64,000 bases of DNA from Nageia nagi (lineage: Eukaryota; Plantae; Pinophyta). The position numbers were made by a program, and so were the translations under genes. Of the stretch, positions 53,012-64,000 are shown in pieces. Numbering within the stretch: the stretch's first letter is position 1; each line of letters begins with the position of its first letter. Under the pieces are notes generated by a model that saw only the letters and a program-made list of their open reading frames with translations, made no database searches and was not told the DNA's origin. The DNA lies in assembly GCA_050084985.1 (NCBI GenBank), contig JBITNC010000001.1:176576001-176640000 (forward strand), in the 5' to 3' direction.

Positions 53012-54277
53012 ATGAGAGAATCCTTTTTACCAAACACATTCTTGATGGTTCTAATTTTGAGATTTTGGAACCACAAATGAGAGCTAAATTATAGGCAAAG
53101 AAGCTTTCGCAAATAATGAATGAGAACCTTGTACCTCCTATAGATGAGAAGGCTTTAGAGGCTTACAACATGAAGAATGAGTTAAAAACCTTCATGATTT
53201 ACCATGCAGTTTCAGATGATATGCTCTTAATGATTTTCTCTCTGCTTAGTAAAGGAAGCTTGGGATAAGCTTAAACAAATCTACCTTGGTTCAAACTTTT
53301 CAAGAAAGTTTACCATTCTCCAAAAGTTACTTTAATCTCATTAAGGGGAAGATGAAAATGTTGCCATCTATTTGAATAAAATCATTAACTTAAAGACTTA
53401 ACTTATTGCTAATGGGTGCAATTGGATCAGTGATGAGTTCATGGTCTTCATCATTCTTCAAAGCCTTTCTTCAAAGTTTGGAAACTTTATGATGGTTATG
53501 GGAACAAAGCTTGATGATGAAAAAGAAGTCTTCTCCCTTGAGAACTTTTCTAGGCACCTATTGAAGCATGAGAAAACCTTTAATAATAAGGTACTGATTT
53601 CTTCTTCTAAGAATAATAACATTGCTCTTGCAGCAATCAAAACTCCTTTCAAGAAGAAGTTCAACCATTAAAAGAAATCTTATCCTTCTTCCTCTAAAAG
53701 GTTTGAAAAAAGAGGTAATGGCTATAATAGTAGCAGGAACAACAGAAATAATAACCATAATAGTAGGGATAATGGCAACAACAACCATTTCAAGCAAAGA
53801 GATAGAAAAAGCAAAGCAAATAATCCATATCTTGAGGAAAAATTTGATAGTAATTATAACTATTGTGGCATTCAAGGTCATAAAGAAGTTGATTGCTACA
53901 AAAAGAAAAGAGAGGAAAAGTACAAAGGTAATGGAAATGTAAAGAATTTCAAAAGAAAAAAAAATATTTATGCTGGTTTTGTTGTGATGCTCTACTCCAT
54001 GTCTTGCTCTTTTTCATTTGAATGGATTATTGATTCTAGTTGCACTAATCACCTATGACTTGAAGAGAAAAAGTTTGAGAACTTTCATAAGTATAAAAAG
54101 GATGTGGTTGTGATAGGTGATAACTCCACCCTTGAAGTCCAAGGAATTGGGAGTATGTTGATTCACAAGAAGGTTCTTGATAATGTTCTCTATGTTTCTA
54201 AGCTTAAGATGAGCCTTCTCTCTATAATCTAAGTTGCTAGAAAAAGGTACTCTTTTGAGTTCGACTCTCAATCCTAG
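53012..54277 (+). pseudogene. gag: Copia gag, zinc knuckle and aspartic protease, truncated before integrase
   Basis: LDGSNFE; EAWDKLKQIY; ILQSLSSKFGNF; NYCGIQGHKEVDC; EWIIDSSCTNH; NVLYVSKL. Confidence 0.9.
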
Positions 54278-54278
54278 T

Positions 54279-54760
54279 GCACTGTTCAGTTATCCAAGTG
54301 TATAACTCCTATGTTTCTTTTGGCACTATTTAGTTATCCATATATGAGAAACTCATATGTGTATACTCTATTTTGGTTAATCTAGCATTTTTTAGTTATC
54401 CATATATGAGGAACTCGTATATGCATGCTCTATTTTGGTCAATCTAGCACTATTCAGTTATCCATGTGTGAGGAACTCTTATGTTTATTTTGACACTATT
54501 CAGTTATCTATATGTGAGAAAATCCTATGTGCATGCTCTATTTTGGTCAATTTAGCACTGTTTAGTTATCTATGTGTGAGGAACTCTTATGTGTATTTTG
54601 GCATTGTTCAGTTATCCCTATGTGAAGAACTCATATGTGCATGCTCTATTTTGGTCAATCTAGCACTATTCAGTTATTCATGTGTGAGGAACTCTTATGT
54701 GTGTTTAGCACTGCTCAGTTATCCATATGTGAGGAACTCATATGTGCATGCTCTATTTTG
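54279..54760. repeat. Minisatellite of nine units, short (44-46 bp) and long (62 bp), forming a 108-bp higher-order repeat
   Basis: Units begin gcact(a/g)ttcagttatcc at 54279, 54323, 54385, 54447, 54493, 54555, 54601, 54663, 54708. Confidence 0.93.
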
Positions 54761-55899
54761 TAAATGATAATCAACAAATGTTTTATATACAGTAGGTGAC
54801 TATAAGTTTTTGGCATGGCATCTTCATGATAACTTATAGTGCACCATTGATCAGTTCATGATGGTATTTGTGTGATTCATCTATCCTTGATGAGATGAAT
54901 ATGTTACATCTAATTGATCTTATTATTTGAGCTGCTTATGACTTGCAAGTTCTTTTGAGATTGCAATTTACTTAAGTATGCAAGCTCTTCAAGACTCTTC
55001 ATGACTTCCAATTAGATGACTACTTCATGTACATTGAAACTGATTATGGTTAATGATTGTATTTGGCAAAGTAGTGAGTCTCAAACTAGATCTTTCTTAC
55101 TTCAAAAATATGTAAAAAGTTCTCATCTTCATTGTATCTATTTGAAAGAGAACTCTCTTACTTTCTCTCTTTCTTCTCTCTTATTTGCTCTATCCTAATA
55201 TTGCATTAAAGGGGAGTGTTGAAATGTATAATGCATTATTGTAGAGGTTATGTAATAATATTATATGTAAATTCACTAATACTTATGGGTATCATTTGAT
55301 ACCTTAAGTATTTAAGTGAATATGATAATGTTTCTTATCCTACACTCCTTGTCATGAGCATGCCCCTTGGGTAAAGGGATGTGCATGTCATGCTTTTGTA
55401 CATTAGATGAAAGGGTGATCCAAAGAGGGATTTTGGCCTATAAATAAAAGGCTCCTTCTTTGTGATCACACACTAATTGTGGAGTAAAATTATGCTATAA
55501 AATAGAATTGTAGGATGTAAGATTAGGAGAATTGTAAGAGAGTTGTATTTATGATTGAAGTAAAGATCTAGTTAATGGATGTACTCCTAGTTGGAGAACC
55601 ACTTACATCTTATGTTGTGAGATTGCTTTGTGAGTTTGTTAGATGTAATTGTGAGCTTTCAAGAGATCTTAGTTATTTAGGAATTATCTTATTAGTGTTA
55701 AATCCTTAATTATGATAGAGATACATATGGTGAGTTACACATCCAATAGAGGTGATGATGATGAAGGTTACGATGCAAAGATTGAGGAGCTTGTGAACTA
55801 GATGATGCTTGGTTGGGATTATTGTTCACAAGGATAGTGATGGGAAACAAACTTAGAATAGAAAATGGATTGAGATATTAAATAGGGTTTTAATGTTTA

Positions 55900-58800
55900 A
55901 AGGGGGTAGAGTGCATTGGAATATAATGAGTCTTACCACCATGCAAATACTTGAAGCAACCATGTTTCAAAGAGGAAACATCATTCATTTCATCAGTCTA
56001 ATGTTGACCCAAAAGAATATTATACTGTATCTCACCCCCAACAAAATGGAAAGGTATAGGAACTGATCTCACTCTGACCTTAATAGGAATCATAACTACT
56101 CCCAAGGTGGTAGACAAAGCATTATTAAATGCCCTAATGGCTAAGGTGGGAGAACTCAAATAAGATAATGGGATACCAAGATTGTGAAGCATTGCCATAG
56201 ATACCACATTAATAGTTGACCCTTCATCAATCATGACTCTATTAACTCCTTTACCATCTATATATGCAATAATGTAGATAGCTATATGTTTTTTACATGA
56301 TCCACGAGTGTGATATACCTTATCCATGTAGAAAGTGATAAAAGGCCTCATATAGTCTTGAACTATTGTACAAAAATCTACAAAGGTACTAGGATCATCA
56401 TTAGATAGCTCAATGATCTTAAGTATATCATTCAAGGCATCCCGATGAGTTTTGAATTTTTGCAATAAATCCCATAAGGATAACTTGGTAGGAGTTAACT
56501 TCAACTGTTGTTCCAACTAATTTTAAACTATAATAGATGGTCTAAAAGGTTGAGATGAAACTTGAATGTTAACTAGTTATGTATACTACTATGCTCTTGT
56601 ATCTCGAGGGGGAGGTACTCTCTCACCTCCCCTCCCTGTACAAGTGGAAACATGAACTAGTTCAATACCCATCATACCAACAAACTTAGTGGGTAAAGGA
56701 CTACTAGTCATCACTTGTTTTGATGTAGAGGCCATGGTACTTACTTGATTCAAATTACAGCCATGTCTTGGTAAAGGATTTTATTATACCTCCAAATATT
56801 GATTAAGTTGAGCTTTATGTGTTCCTATGGATACATGACCATCATTAATTAATCTCTAAATAGTGGCTCTTAAAGTTTAAAACTTATTAGTCACATGCCC
56901 ATACTAATGATGGAAAGCGCAAAACTCATCTTCCCTATACCATTATGGGTGTGCACCATCAGGGTCTACTTGTCTTATCTTAGGAAGCGTAACTAGTCTT
57001 GCATATAGAAGCTTATTAAGTATGTATTTTATGGGCTTGGTTAATGGTGTCCAATTCCTTTATTATTGTTGTGGTTACCCTGGTGGTCTAGGAGGGCTTG
57101 CTTGATTGTTACCATAATTAGCTTGATTACCTTGATTTTATTGGTTGTCCTGATTATACTTCCCTTAATGACCTTAGTTACCTTGATTAAATTGCACTTG
57201 GTTACCTTGGTTATAGTGTCCTTGATCCTATTGTTGATATTGATTCCTTGGCTAATTATTCCTTTATCTAGGAGGTGCTAGCTGAAGAAGTGGTTGCACT
57301 TGGTTAATCGCATATGTAACTTGATTTTCTTACGACCTAAGATAAGTTGGATTAGGATTTCCATAATTATTATGGGTATTTTGAGCATTATTATTATCCT
57401 TTTTTCTTAGCTTTATTTAAGCCTCTTGAATTTTCATTTATTCAATGATCTTTGCTTAAGCTAAGACCTTTTCAAAGGTAATGTGCCTTTGAATTTGTAG
57501 GATAGAAGAGATGTGCTTATTACAACTCCTATAGAATAGCTTGATCAACTCCTCTTAGGGCAAGCTATAGGGCATGTCAGTTATAACTGCTCTCCAATGA
57601 GACACATAATCTGATATATACTCATCATCAAATTGGGATAACTTACTCAAATCCATAATTGAAGCTCTCTTTCTTATGTTTATCCCAAAGTGATCTAATA
57701 TTTGATTAGCCAACTATTCAAAGGAGAAGATAGTATGCTATGGAAAGTTGCTATACCAATCCAAGGCTTGACTCACCAAAGTCATAAGAAAGGTCCTCAA
57801 ATTGAGAATGTCATCATTAGCTATGATATAGCATGAATACTTGAAGTGCCTTTGATGCTCTCTAGGATCCTCCTTCCCCTTAAACTTATCCATCTTTGGG
57901 ACCTCAAACTTGTAAGGAAAATCCTTTACAGGAATGGATGGATGTATTTGTTCATTATAAATGGATCCATAAGATAACTTAGACTTGTCTTAATTATTAA
58001 GCCTTTGCTCCATCTCTTGCAACTTTTTGAGAATCTCATCATGTGGAGTAGATGGAGGAAAGCATCGAACAACCTGATACTTTGGAGCCTAATAAGAATT
58101 AGTTACTTATTATTTCCTTTAAGGTTGATAAACTAGTTATGTAGAGGTAACATTCATCTGCTATGTATGATGGGGTTGGACTACAAACCCTTGTTCCACT
58201 TGGTTATGCAATCCTTGAGGTAGAAATTGAGCTTGTCTAAGAGATGGGTCTTGAACTTGTTGAAAATATTGAAAGTATTTTTGCATACAAGTAAGCACAT
58301 TAGGTTTTGCACCAAAATATGCTTGTATATGACTAGGATTTTTAGAATTAGCTTATGTAGGCATGACAATTTGAGAATGATATTAAGACACAACATTAAT
58401 GTGTACCCTAGGTTGGGGAACTTTGGGTGGTACATATGATGGAATGATCTCTTGAGGATTAGGATTAATCAAGTTGCTAGGTCCCATGGGCTCTTATTAA
58501 TAAGATAAATAAGGTTAATCAACCATAGAAACTTAGGGAGGGGTTATAATCCTCATAACTTGTGGATTAATATTTACCTCTTGCTCTTAATGGGTGCCCA
58601 CAAATTATGCAAAACATTTGGCCTTTTAAAGCCTATACCACTCCTTGAACATTTGGGCTCTCTCATAATCATCATGGTGAGGAGTGCTTGATGGTCTTAT
58701 TATGGGGTAGTTCAATTTATGGATGAGAAGATTGCACCAAAGGGTTCGCATGAGAAATTAATGGAGCTTGAGGCAAGATTGATGAAACTGATTAAGTTTG

Positions 58801-59549
58801 GCTAGGAGGCCAAGGAGGAGGAACAAATGTAGATCAATTTCTTATTTATAACTCATAATTATGGCCCCTCATATTATGTGATATGGTGGCAGAGACTCGG
58901 GAGGTTCATGTGATGGAGGTTCAATGAAGGAAGAAGGCATGTTGGACAGCAAATAATTGCCATAGGCAGGATCATAATGGTAAATGACACTATAAGGATT
59001 AGGAAGAAAGGCTTTGTTTGGATTATGAAATAAAGTTTCTATAGTGAAAACATGGGATAAATAAGAAGGAGAAAAGGATTTTGACACCCCTATCTCCTCT
59101 TCCAAGGGAGGTGGTGGATTAGTCAAGGGTTGGCTTTCCATGTTAGCAACATGAAGAGATGGAGGCCTAAAACCCAAAAGTTGTTTGGTTCTAAACTAAT
59201 GAAAAAGGTCTTGGATATGAGGATCACTCAAGAGGAGTTGTTCCTCCATAGGAAGGTAATCATGAATAGCTTCCACATGATGTGGAGATCTAGCATCACC
59301 ATACAAGAGATTCCTACATAGGCTTACTTGCAAGTCTTTATGAAATTGTGGATTCTCTTGATGGGATGGGATGGAAACATGTCTAGGTGAAGAAGGTGGT
59401 ATATGAAAAGGTTGGGACATATAAAGCAAAAGTGGTTCAGACATACGAGGTGAAGGTGGTTGAGAAGGTGGATTGGATTGTGAAGATCGAGTTTGTCTAG
59501 CTTTAAATTGTGCTTTAGTCTCAATTGAACTATGTGATTCACCTTCCAT
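55900..59549 (-). pseudogene. gag: Tat/Ogre gag and protease with a long Pro-rich N-terminal region
   Basis: FEVPKMDKFKGKEDPREH..TLVSQALDWY (~57750-57910); EFCAFHH*YGHVT; RVMIDEGSTINV..YNILLG in 55998-56516. Confidence 0.88.
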
Positions 59550-60997
59550 ACTAGGAACATAAATAAAGACTTAAACAAACAATATGGCATAAAGCAAAAT
59601 GTCCCAATGGTTCCACACAAGTGAAAGCAAAGAAACACAAAGCCTAGAATCTTGTTAGGATCTTCTTTAATGAATGAAAAATTAAGGCACACAACCCTAA
59701 GATGATCTTTCAAGACATCATTCCTATATACAAGATAGCAATAGTGTGAGAGATAGTAATAGTAATTATCTTATCTAGTTGCTTCTTATTGAATTAGGAT
59801 GATTATATTATTAATGAGATAAATTTTAAGTATAATTATAAATTTTGACTCTTTTTAGTTTTCTTAGAGATGAGTCTAGTCAAGAGTTTTTAGGTAAGGA
59901 TCGATCTCTAGGGGTATGAATCATTTTACAAGGGTACTCATGTACCTCTATTGATTGCTTGCCAATAGAGGGGGGCTCCCACCTTGGTGATGAAATCCAC
60001 TTGCCCTGGATACTCCCTAGGCTTGTGAGGAATTTAATGTAAGTACAATAAAGCAAATATGGGATGCAACTAAATGTATGCAAGATGCAACTAATCCCTT
60101 TAATATTTACCTTTTCCTTTCCAAAGCAAAAAATGATTTCAAAAATAAAATCACTCCCACCCAAGGATGATTTTGATTTTACTAATGCAATTAAGAGAGT
60201 AAAATAAATTTTTTCATTTTTGATTTTCTTTTTCCTTTTCCTAGCAAAATAAAACCAAATAAAGCAAGATAAGAATCTTAGGATGCACTCAATAAATAAA
60301 ACCTAACCTGAAGCATGATAAAAAAGGGATACAAGCATGGGGAGGCTCTTGCTTTAAGCTCTCAGCACATGCAATACCTGTGATACACACTTTGATCCTA
60401 GTCAATGTGTTATAGATCGACTAGTAGTACCAACCAGTGGACCAATCAAATAGCTAGCCAACCGATCACCATGGTACTTAGAGAATTTTAAAATTTGTAC
60501 TTAAAATTATGAAATAAAGCATTAAATGTACAACATAATAGTTCAAATGCTCGAAGGGAACTACTGCCACCTAATTATAGAGCTAAAAGTCTATGACATT
60601 TGCTAAAAATGAAAAAGATTAGCTCAAAATCCTAAATAACCCTAACCAGTATAGACCAGACTGGTTGGAAAAGAGGAGCCGATTAGATAAAAATCAACCA
60701 ATAGTTTGAGTGTCCAAACCCTAACTGGTATGCTAAAGGCTAATCAGACTCTATAAATTGATCTATAGTAAGCTGGCTACTATTTTGCTAACTTTTGTAC
60801 TTTAATATTTTTAGGGTTTTATCCAAGATTGGTCAAGAATATTCCCTAAAAAAATTAGAATAAGTCAATATACAAAAACACCCAAAAACACAAGAAGAAA
60901 GGGTCAAAGACAACAAGTAAAAACATGGATAAAAGAATGTAAAACTCCTTGATTGCAAAATCTTGGACCGAGGGAGGTCCCACCATAATCACCAATG

Positions 60998-61998
60998 TGT
61001 AAGCTTCCCAAAAGGGGGTGAAAGGGAGCTTGGGGGTCCCTCCCCTCTATGAAAGGCCCACTATGCAATGTCTAAAACATTGCTTGAAATGTGGTTAGAT
61101 GGTTATGATAAATAAAGATGGGGAGAGAGAGGGTTTAGAGTGTTTTCCTTTTCTCTTGTGCAATACCCACAACTCCAAATAACCTCAAATAAGATAAAAG
61201 AGGAGGCTTCTAAGTTCTAGTTCTTTAAGACAGTAGAACCATGCAATGCTAGCTAATGAGCTTGTAAGCCTCCAAGCCTTGAATCAATAAGGTACTATAA
61301 AATAACATAATTCCTAAAATGCAAACTAGCATACGATTAAAATAGATTTAACTAAAATAAAATTAAACTAAACTAACCTAGCCTAAGTCTACAAGAGACT
61401 AGCCTAGAATAACTAATATGCAACCATGCATAAAAATAACAATGATAACACAAAACAATATATATGATTGAGCTCTTGGATGTCTCCTCAAAATCTTGCA
61501 AAAACACTCAAAACAATTAATAGTGCCACAAAATAAAGGCCAAAAATGTGGTACCTAAGGTACCCTTGTAAGATGAGGACAAAATCCTCTTTTTTTTTTT
61601 GCTTTGGAAGTGATGGATAAAGCTCCAAGTGGAATGTTCTTGGCCAAAAGCTTGAATGGATAGTTACAAGTGTGCATGAACAATAATAATTAATAGGTTT
61701 CTTATTGTGCTAAGTGCTTGTGTGATGGAAAAGCTATTTTTGAATTAACTTATATATAGGACTAGCTAGTGGGTCAGTTAGGGTTTAAACCCTAACTGAT
61801 AAACTAGTCCCCTAACAGATGGGGTGGTTAGGTTCCAAAGTGATAAGGTGCTAATAAAGTCTTAAGTTACCAAAATTGATTGTGTGAATGGGATCATAAC
61901 AAGATGAAGGGTTTATAGGATCATAATGAACTACATGACATGTCAAATAATCACAAATCGCTTAAGGTAGACGAATGAAAGATATTGAGGTGTCTATA
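60998..61998 (-). repeat. 5' LTR of Tat/Ogre element
   Basis: Colinear with 37459-38470, adjacent to PBS. Confidence 0.96.
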
Positions 61999-62003
61999 AG
62001 TCC

Positions 62004-63590
62004 TATCTAGAATGCATTGAGAAGATTCATCCTTGACATATTCAACCATGATAATTATTTTCCAATCAACATAAATAAAGGGAAGAGGGTAAAAAGAAGG
62101 GTTCCTAGATAATGTATCAACAACTGTGTTCTTTTTTCCCTTGATATACTAAATTTCAAAATCAAAATATTTAAGCTTACTTACGCACCTTTGTTTCTTG
62201 TCACTTAAATTTGATTGGTTGAGAAAGTATTTAGGACTATTATGGTTACTCTTGATGATGAAAGGATCACACATAAGATATTACCTAAATCTATCTAATT
62301 TTAGTATGCATAATGGCTAACATCTCTTTGTCATACACACTAAAATTTTATTCTACATTAGTGAGATTTCTGCTTTCAAATCCTATTGGTTGTCCTTTTT
62401 GTATAAGTACAATCCCAACCAAGTTTAGATGCATCACACTCAATAGTAAAGGGAATTGAAAAATTAATAATAGCTAAGCAAGGATAAGAATACATAACCT
62501 TTTTTAGAGTCTCAAAAGTAGCTTAAGCACCCTCATGCCATACGAATGCATCCTTCTTGGTCAATTGTGTTAAAGGGACAACCAAGTGTGAGAAACTACA
62601 TATGAACCTCCTGTAGTAATTGCATAGTTGTAAAAAGCCTCTCAATTATGTGAAGGTGGTGGGCACTAACCAATCCTGAATTGCTACAATTTTTTTATCA
62701 TCCATCCTAACCCCCTTATGGCTTATTACATGACCCAAATATAGAATTCTAGTCATGCCAAATTCACATTTGGATTGCTTGGTATAGAATTTTTGATCCT
62801 GCAATGTGCTCAAAATGTGATCCAAGTGTTGGGGGTGCTCCTACCATGTTTTGTTATACACCAATATATCATCAAAGAAAAATAACATAAACTTTCTTAG
62901 TTTCCCTATGAAAACTTGATTCATGGTTGATTAAAAAATGGTTGGTGCATTAGTCAATCCAAATGGCATAACTAGAAACTCAAAATGTCCATAGGGGCAT
63001 ATAAATGCATTTTTGTGAATATGCTCCTCCTTCATCCTTATATTATGATATCTTGACCTTAAATAAATTTTTAAGAAATATCTAGCACCATGTAACTTAT
63101 CAATAAGATCATCTACTCTACGGATGGAATATCTATTTTTGATGATCTTTTTATTGAGCATATGGTATTCAATGCACATATGCATGGTTTCATCTTTCTT
63201 CTTAACAACACTACCAAAGAAGCAAAGGGAATTCAACTTGGTCATATGAACTCCATGTCTAGTAATTCTTTAATAGTCTTTTCGATATCATTTTTGTAGA
63301 CTTTTGGATAATGGTAAGGAGTGATCATGATTAGTTTTGTTGCTTGCTCGAACTCAATGATGTGCTCAAATCCTCTTGAGGATGGTAACACTCTCGGTAT
63401 GTTTCCAAAAATGTTAAGGTTCTTATCTAGAATGCGTTGGACCTCCTCTAGCTATCATCTCTCCTCCCTAGTATGTGATGTAGGACTTCTCTTGGCCAGG
63501 GTGAAGATACAACTCCACTCTATCTCCCCCTTTCAGAAGATGGAGCTCATATTCTTGGTTGATGTAATCTTCCCTTAGACCCTCACGCAT
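62004..63590 (-). pseudogene. pol: Chromovirus RT and RNase H (continuation of 36100-37453)
   Basis: VVKKKDETMHMCIEYHMLNK..LRSRYHNIRM..GHFEFLVMPFGLTNAP; FFDDILVY ~62858-62880; SKCEFG; ECDASKLG. Confidence 0.94.
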
Positions 63591-64000
63591 ATAGATCATA
63601 TGATACAAATGACTAAAAATATCCTTTGATAATTAATTGGTGAAGATGTTTGCTAGTTAGTATTTTATAGGTAGATATTCATGTCAATCTTGTCATCCTA
63701 ATGTTTTTCTTGAATATAATGTATATTAATCTTAATATGCTTGAACTATTGATGAATAATTGTATTCTTAGTCATGTATATGGCACTTTGGTTATCAACC
63801 TATAGTTGATATGGTCCATCCTATCCAAAGTTAAGCTCTAGTCCTTCCTATCCAAAACCAAGCACTTGAAGTAGATAACTAATACATTGAATATGTTATC
63901 CTATTATTAAACAAATAGAATACTCCACCTGCATAAAAGACTTGGATACTACACCTTAATTTTTGCTTATTCACAAAATCAGATTGCCTCCATATGTGAA

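Larger units (their letters stand above)
49725..55709 (+). mobile_element. Non-autonomous Copia-type element with gag and protease only (TR-GAG-like), nested in the Tat element
   Basis: LTRs 49725-50159 and 55217-55709; PBS tggtatcaaatc at 50163; PPT aaaggggag 55208-55216; flanks ttacc / ttatg (decayed TSD, 3/5). Confidence 0.9.
37459..61998 (-). mobile_element. Full-length decayed Tat/Ogre-lineage Ty3/gypsy retrotransposon
   Basis: LTRs 37459-38470 and 60998-61998; perfect TSD AGTCC (37454-37458, 61999-62003). PBS TGGTGATTATGGTGGGA (60994 leftwards) fits a C>T-decayed tRNA-Arg PBS. PPT complement gatgcccctttt at 38471. Order gag-PR-RT-RH-aRH-INT. Confidence 0.96.
34693..63590 (-). mobile_element. 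Chromovirus-type Ty3/gypsy element, 5'-truncated, split by the Tat/Ogre insertion
   Basis: 3' LTR 34693-36086, PPT complement ccttcccttttgaaa ~36090-36104, chromodomain/integrase 36100-37453, RH/RT resuming at 62004. Confidence 0.9.

Noticed and set aside
54279-54760. CRISPR-like repeat array and ORF 54435-54767
   Set aside because: No unique spacers and no cas genes, eukaryotic TE context; the ORF follows from the 108-bp period

Overview
This is eukaryotic plant nuclear DNA. The retroelement types and very long TE-filled introns suggest a gymnosperm (inference). About 90% of the window is decayed, nested transposable elements. They surround the 5' part of one unidentified minus-strand host gene: promoter ~33690-33790, predicted exons 33481-~33690, 11546-11598 and 10602-10950, with the rest off the left edge. 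Its predicted ~21.9 kb first intron holds a non-autonomous Copia-derived LTR element (13558-17589, TSD GAGGT), a gypsy accessory-ORF fragment, an L1 LINE, and a non-autonomous gypsy derivative whose LTR is split by a full-length decayed Copia (21480-28571) and a hAT MITE (29074-29933). Upstream of the gene are a tRNA-derived SINE (16-bp TSD) and a three-level nest: chromovirus (34693-~63590) > Tat/Ogre gypsy (37459-61998, TSD AGTCC, extra RNase H) > gag/protease-only Copia (49725-55709). The most interesting pattern is an accessory cassette seen in two unrelated elements and partly in a third: an array of hairpin-forming repeat modules, then a leader exon, a GT-AG intron and an accessory ORF. 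In the Tat element that ORF is antisense and encodes a Plant Mobile Domain protein. No TE coding region is intact. No CRISPR, rRNA or true tRNA gene was found. Coordinates were read by eye and fuzzy boundaries are approximate.
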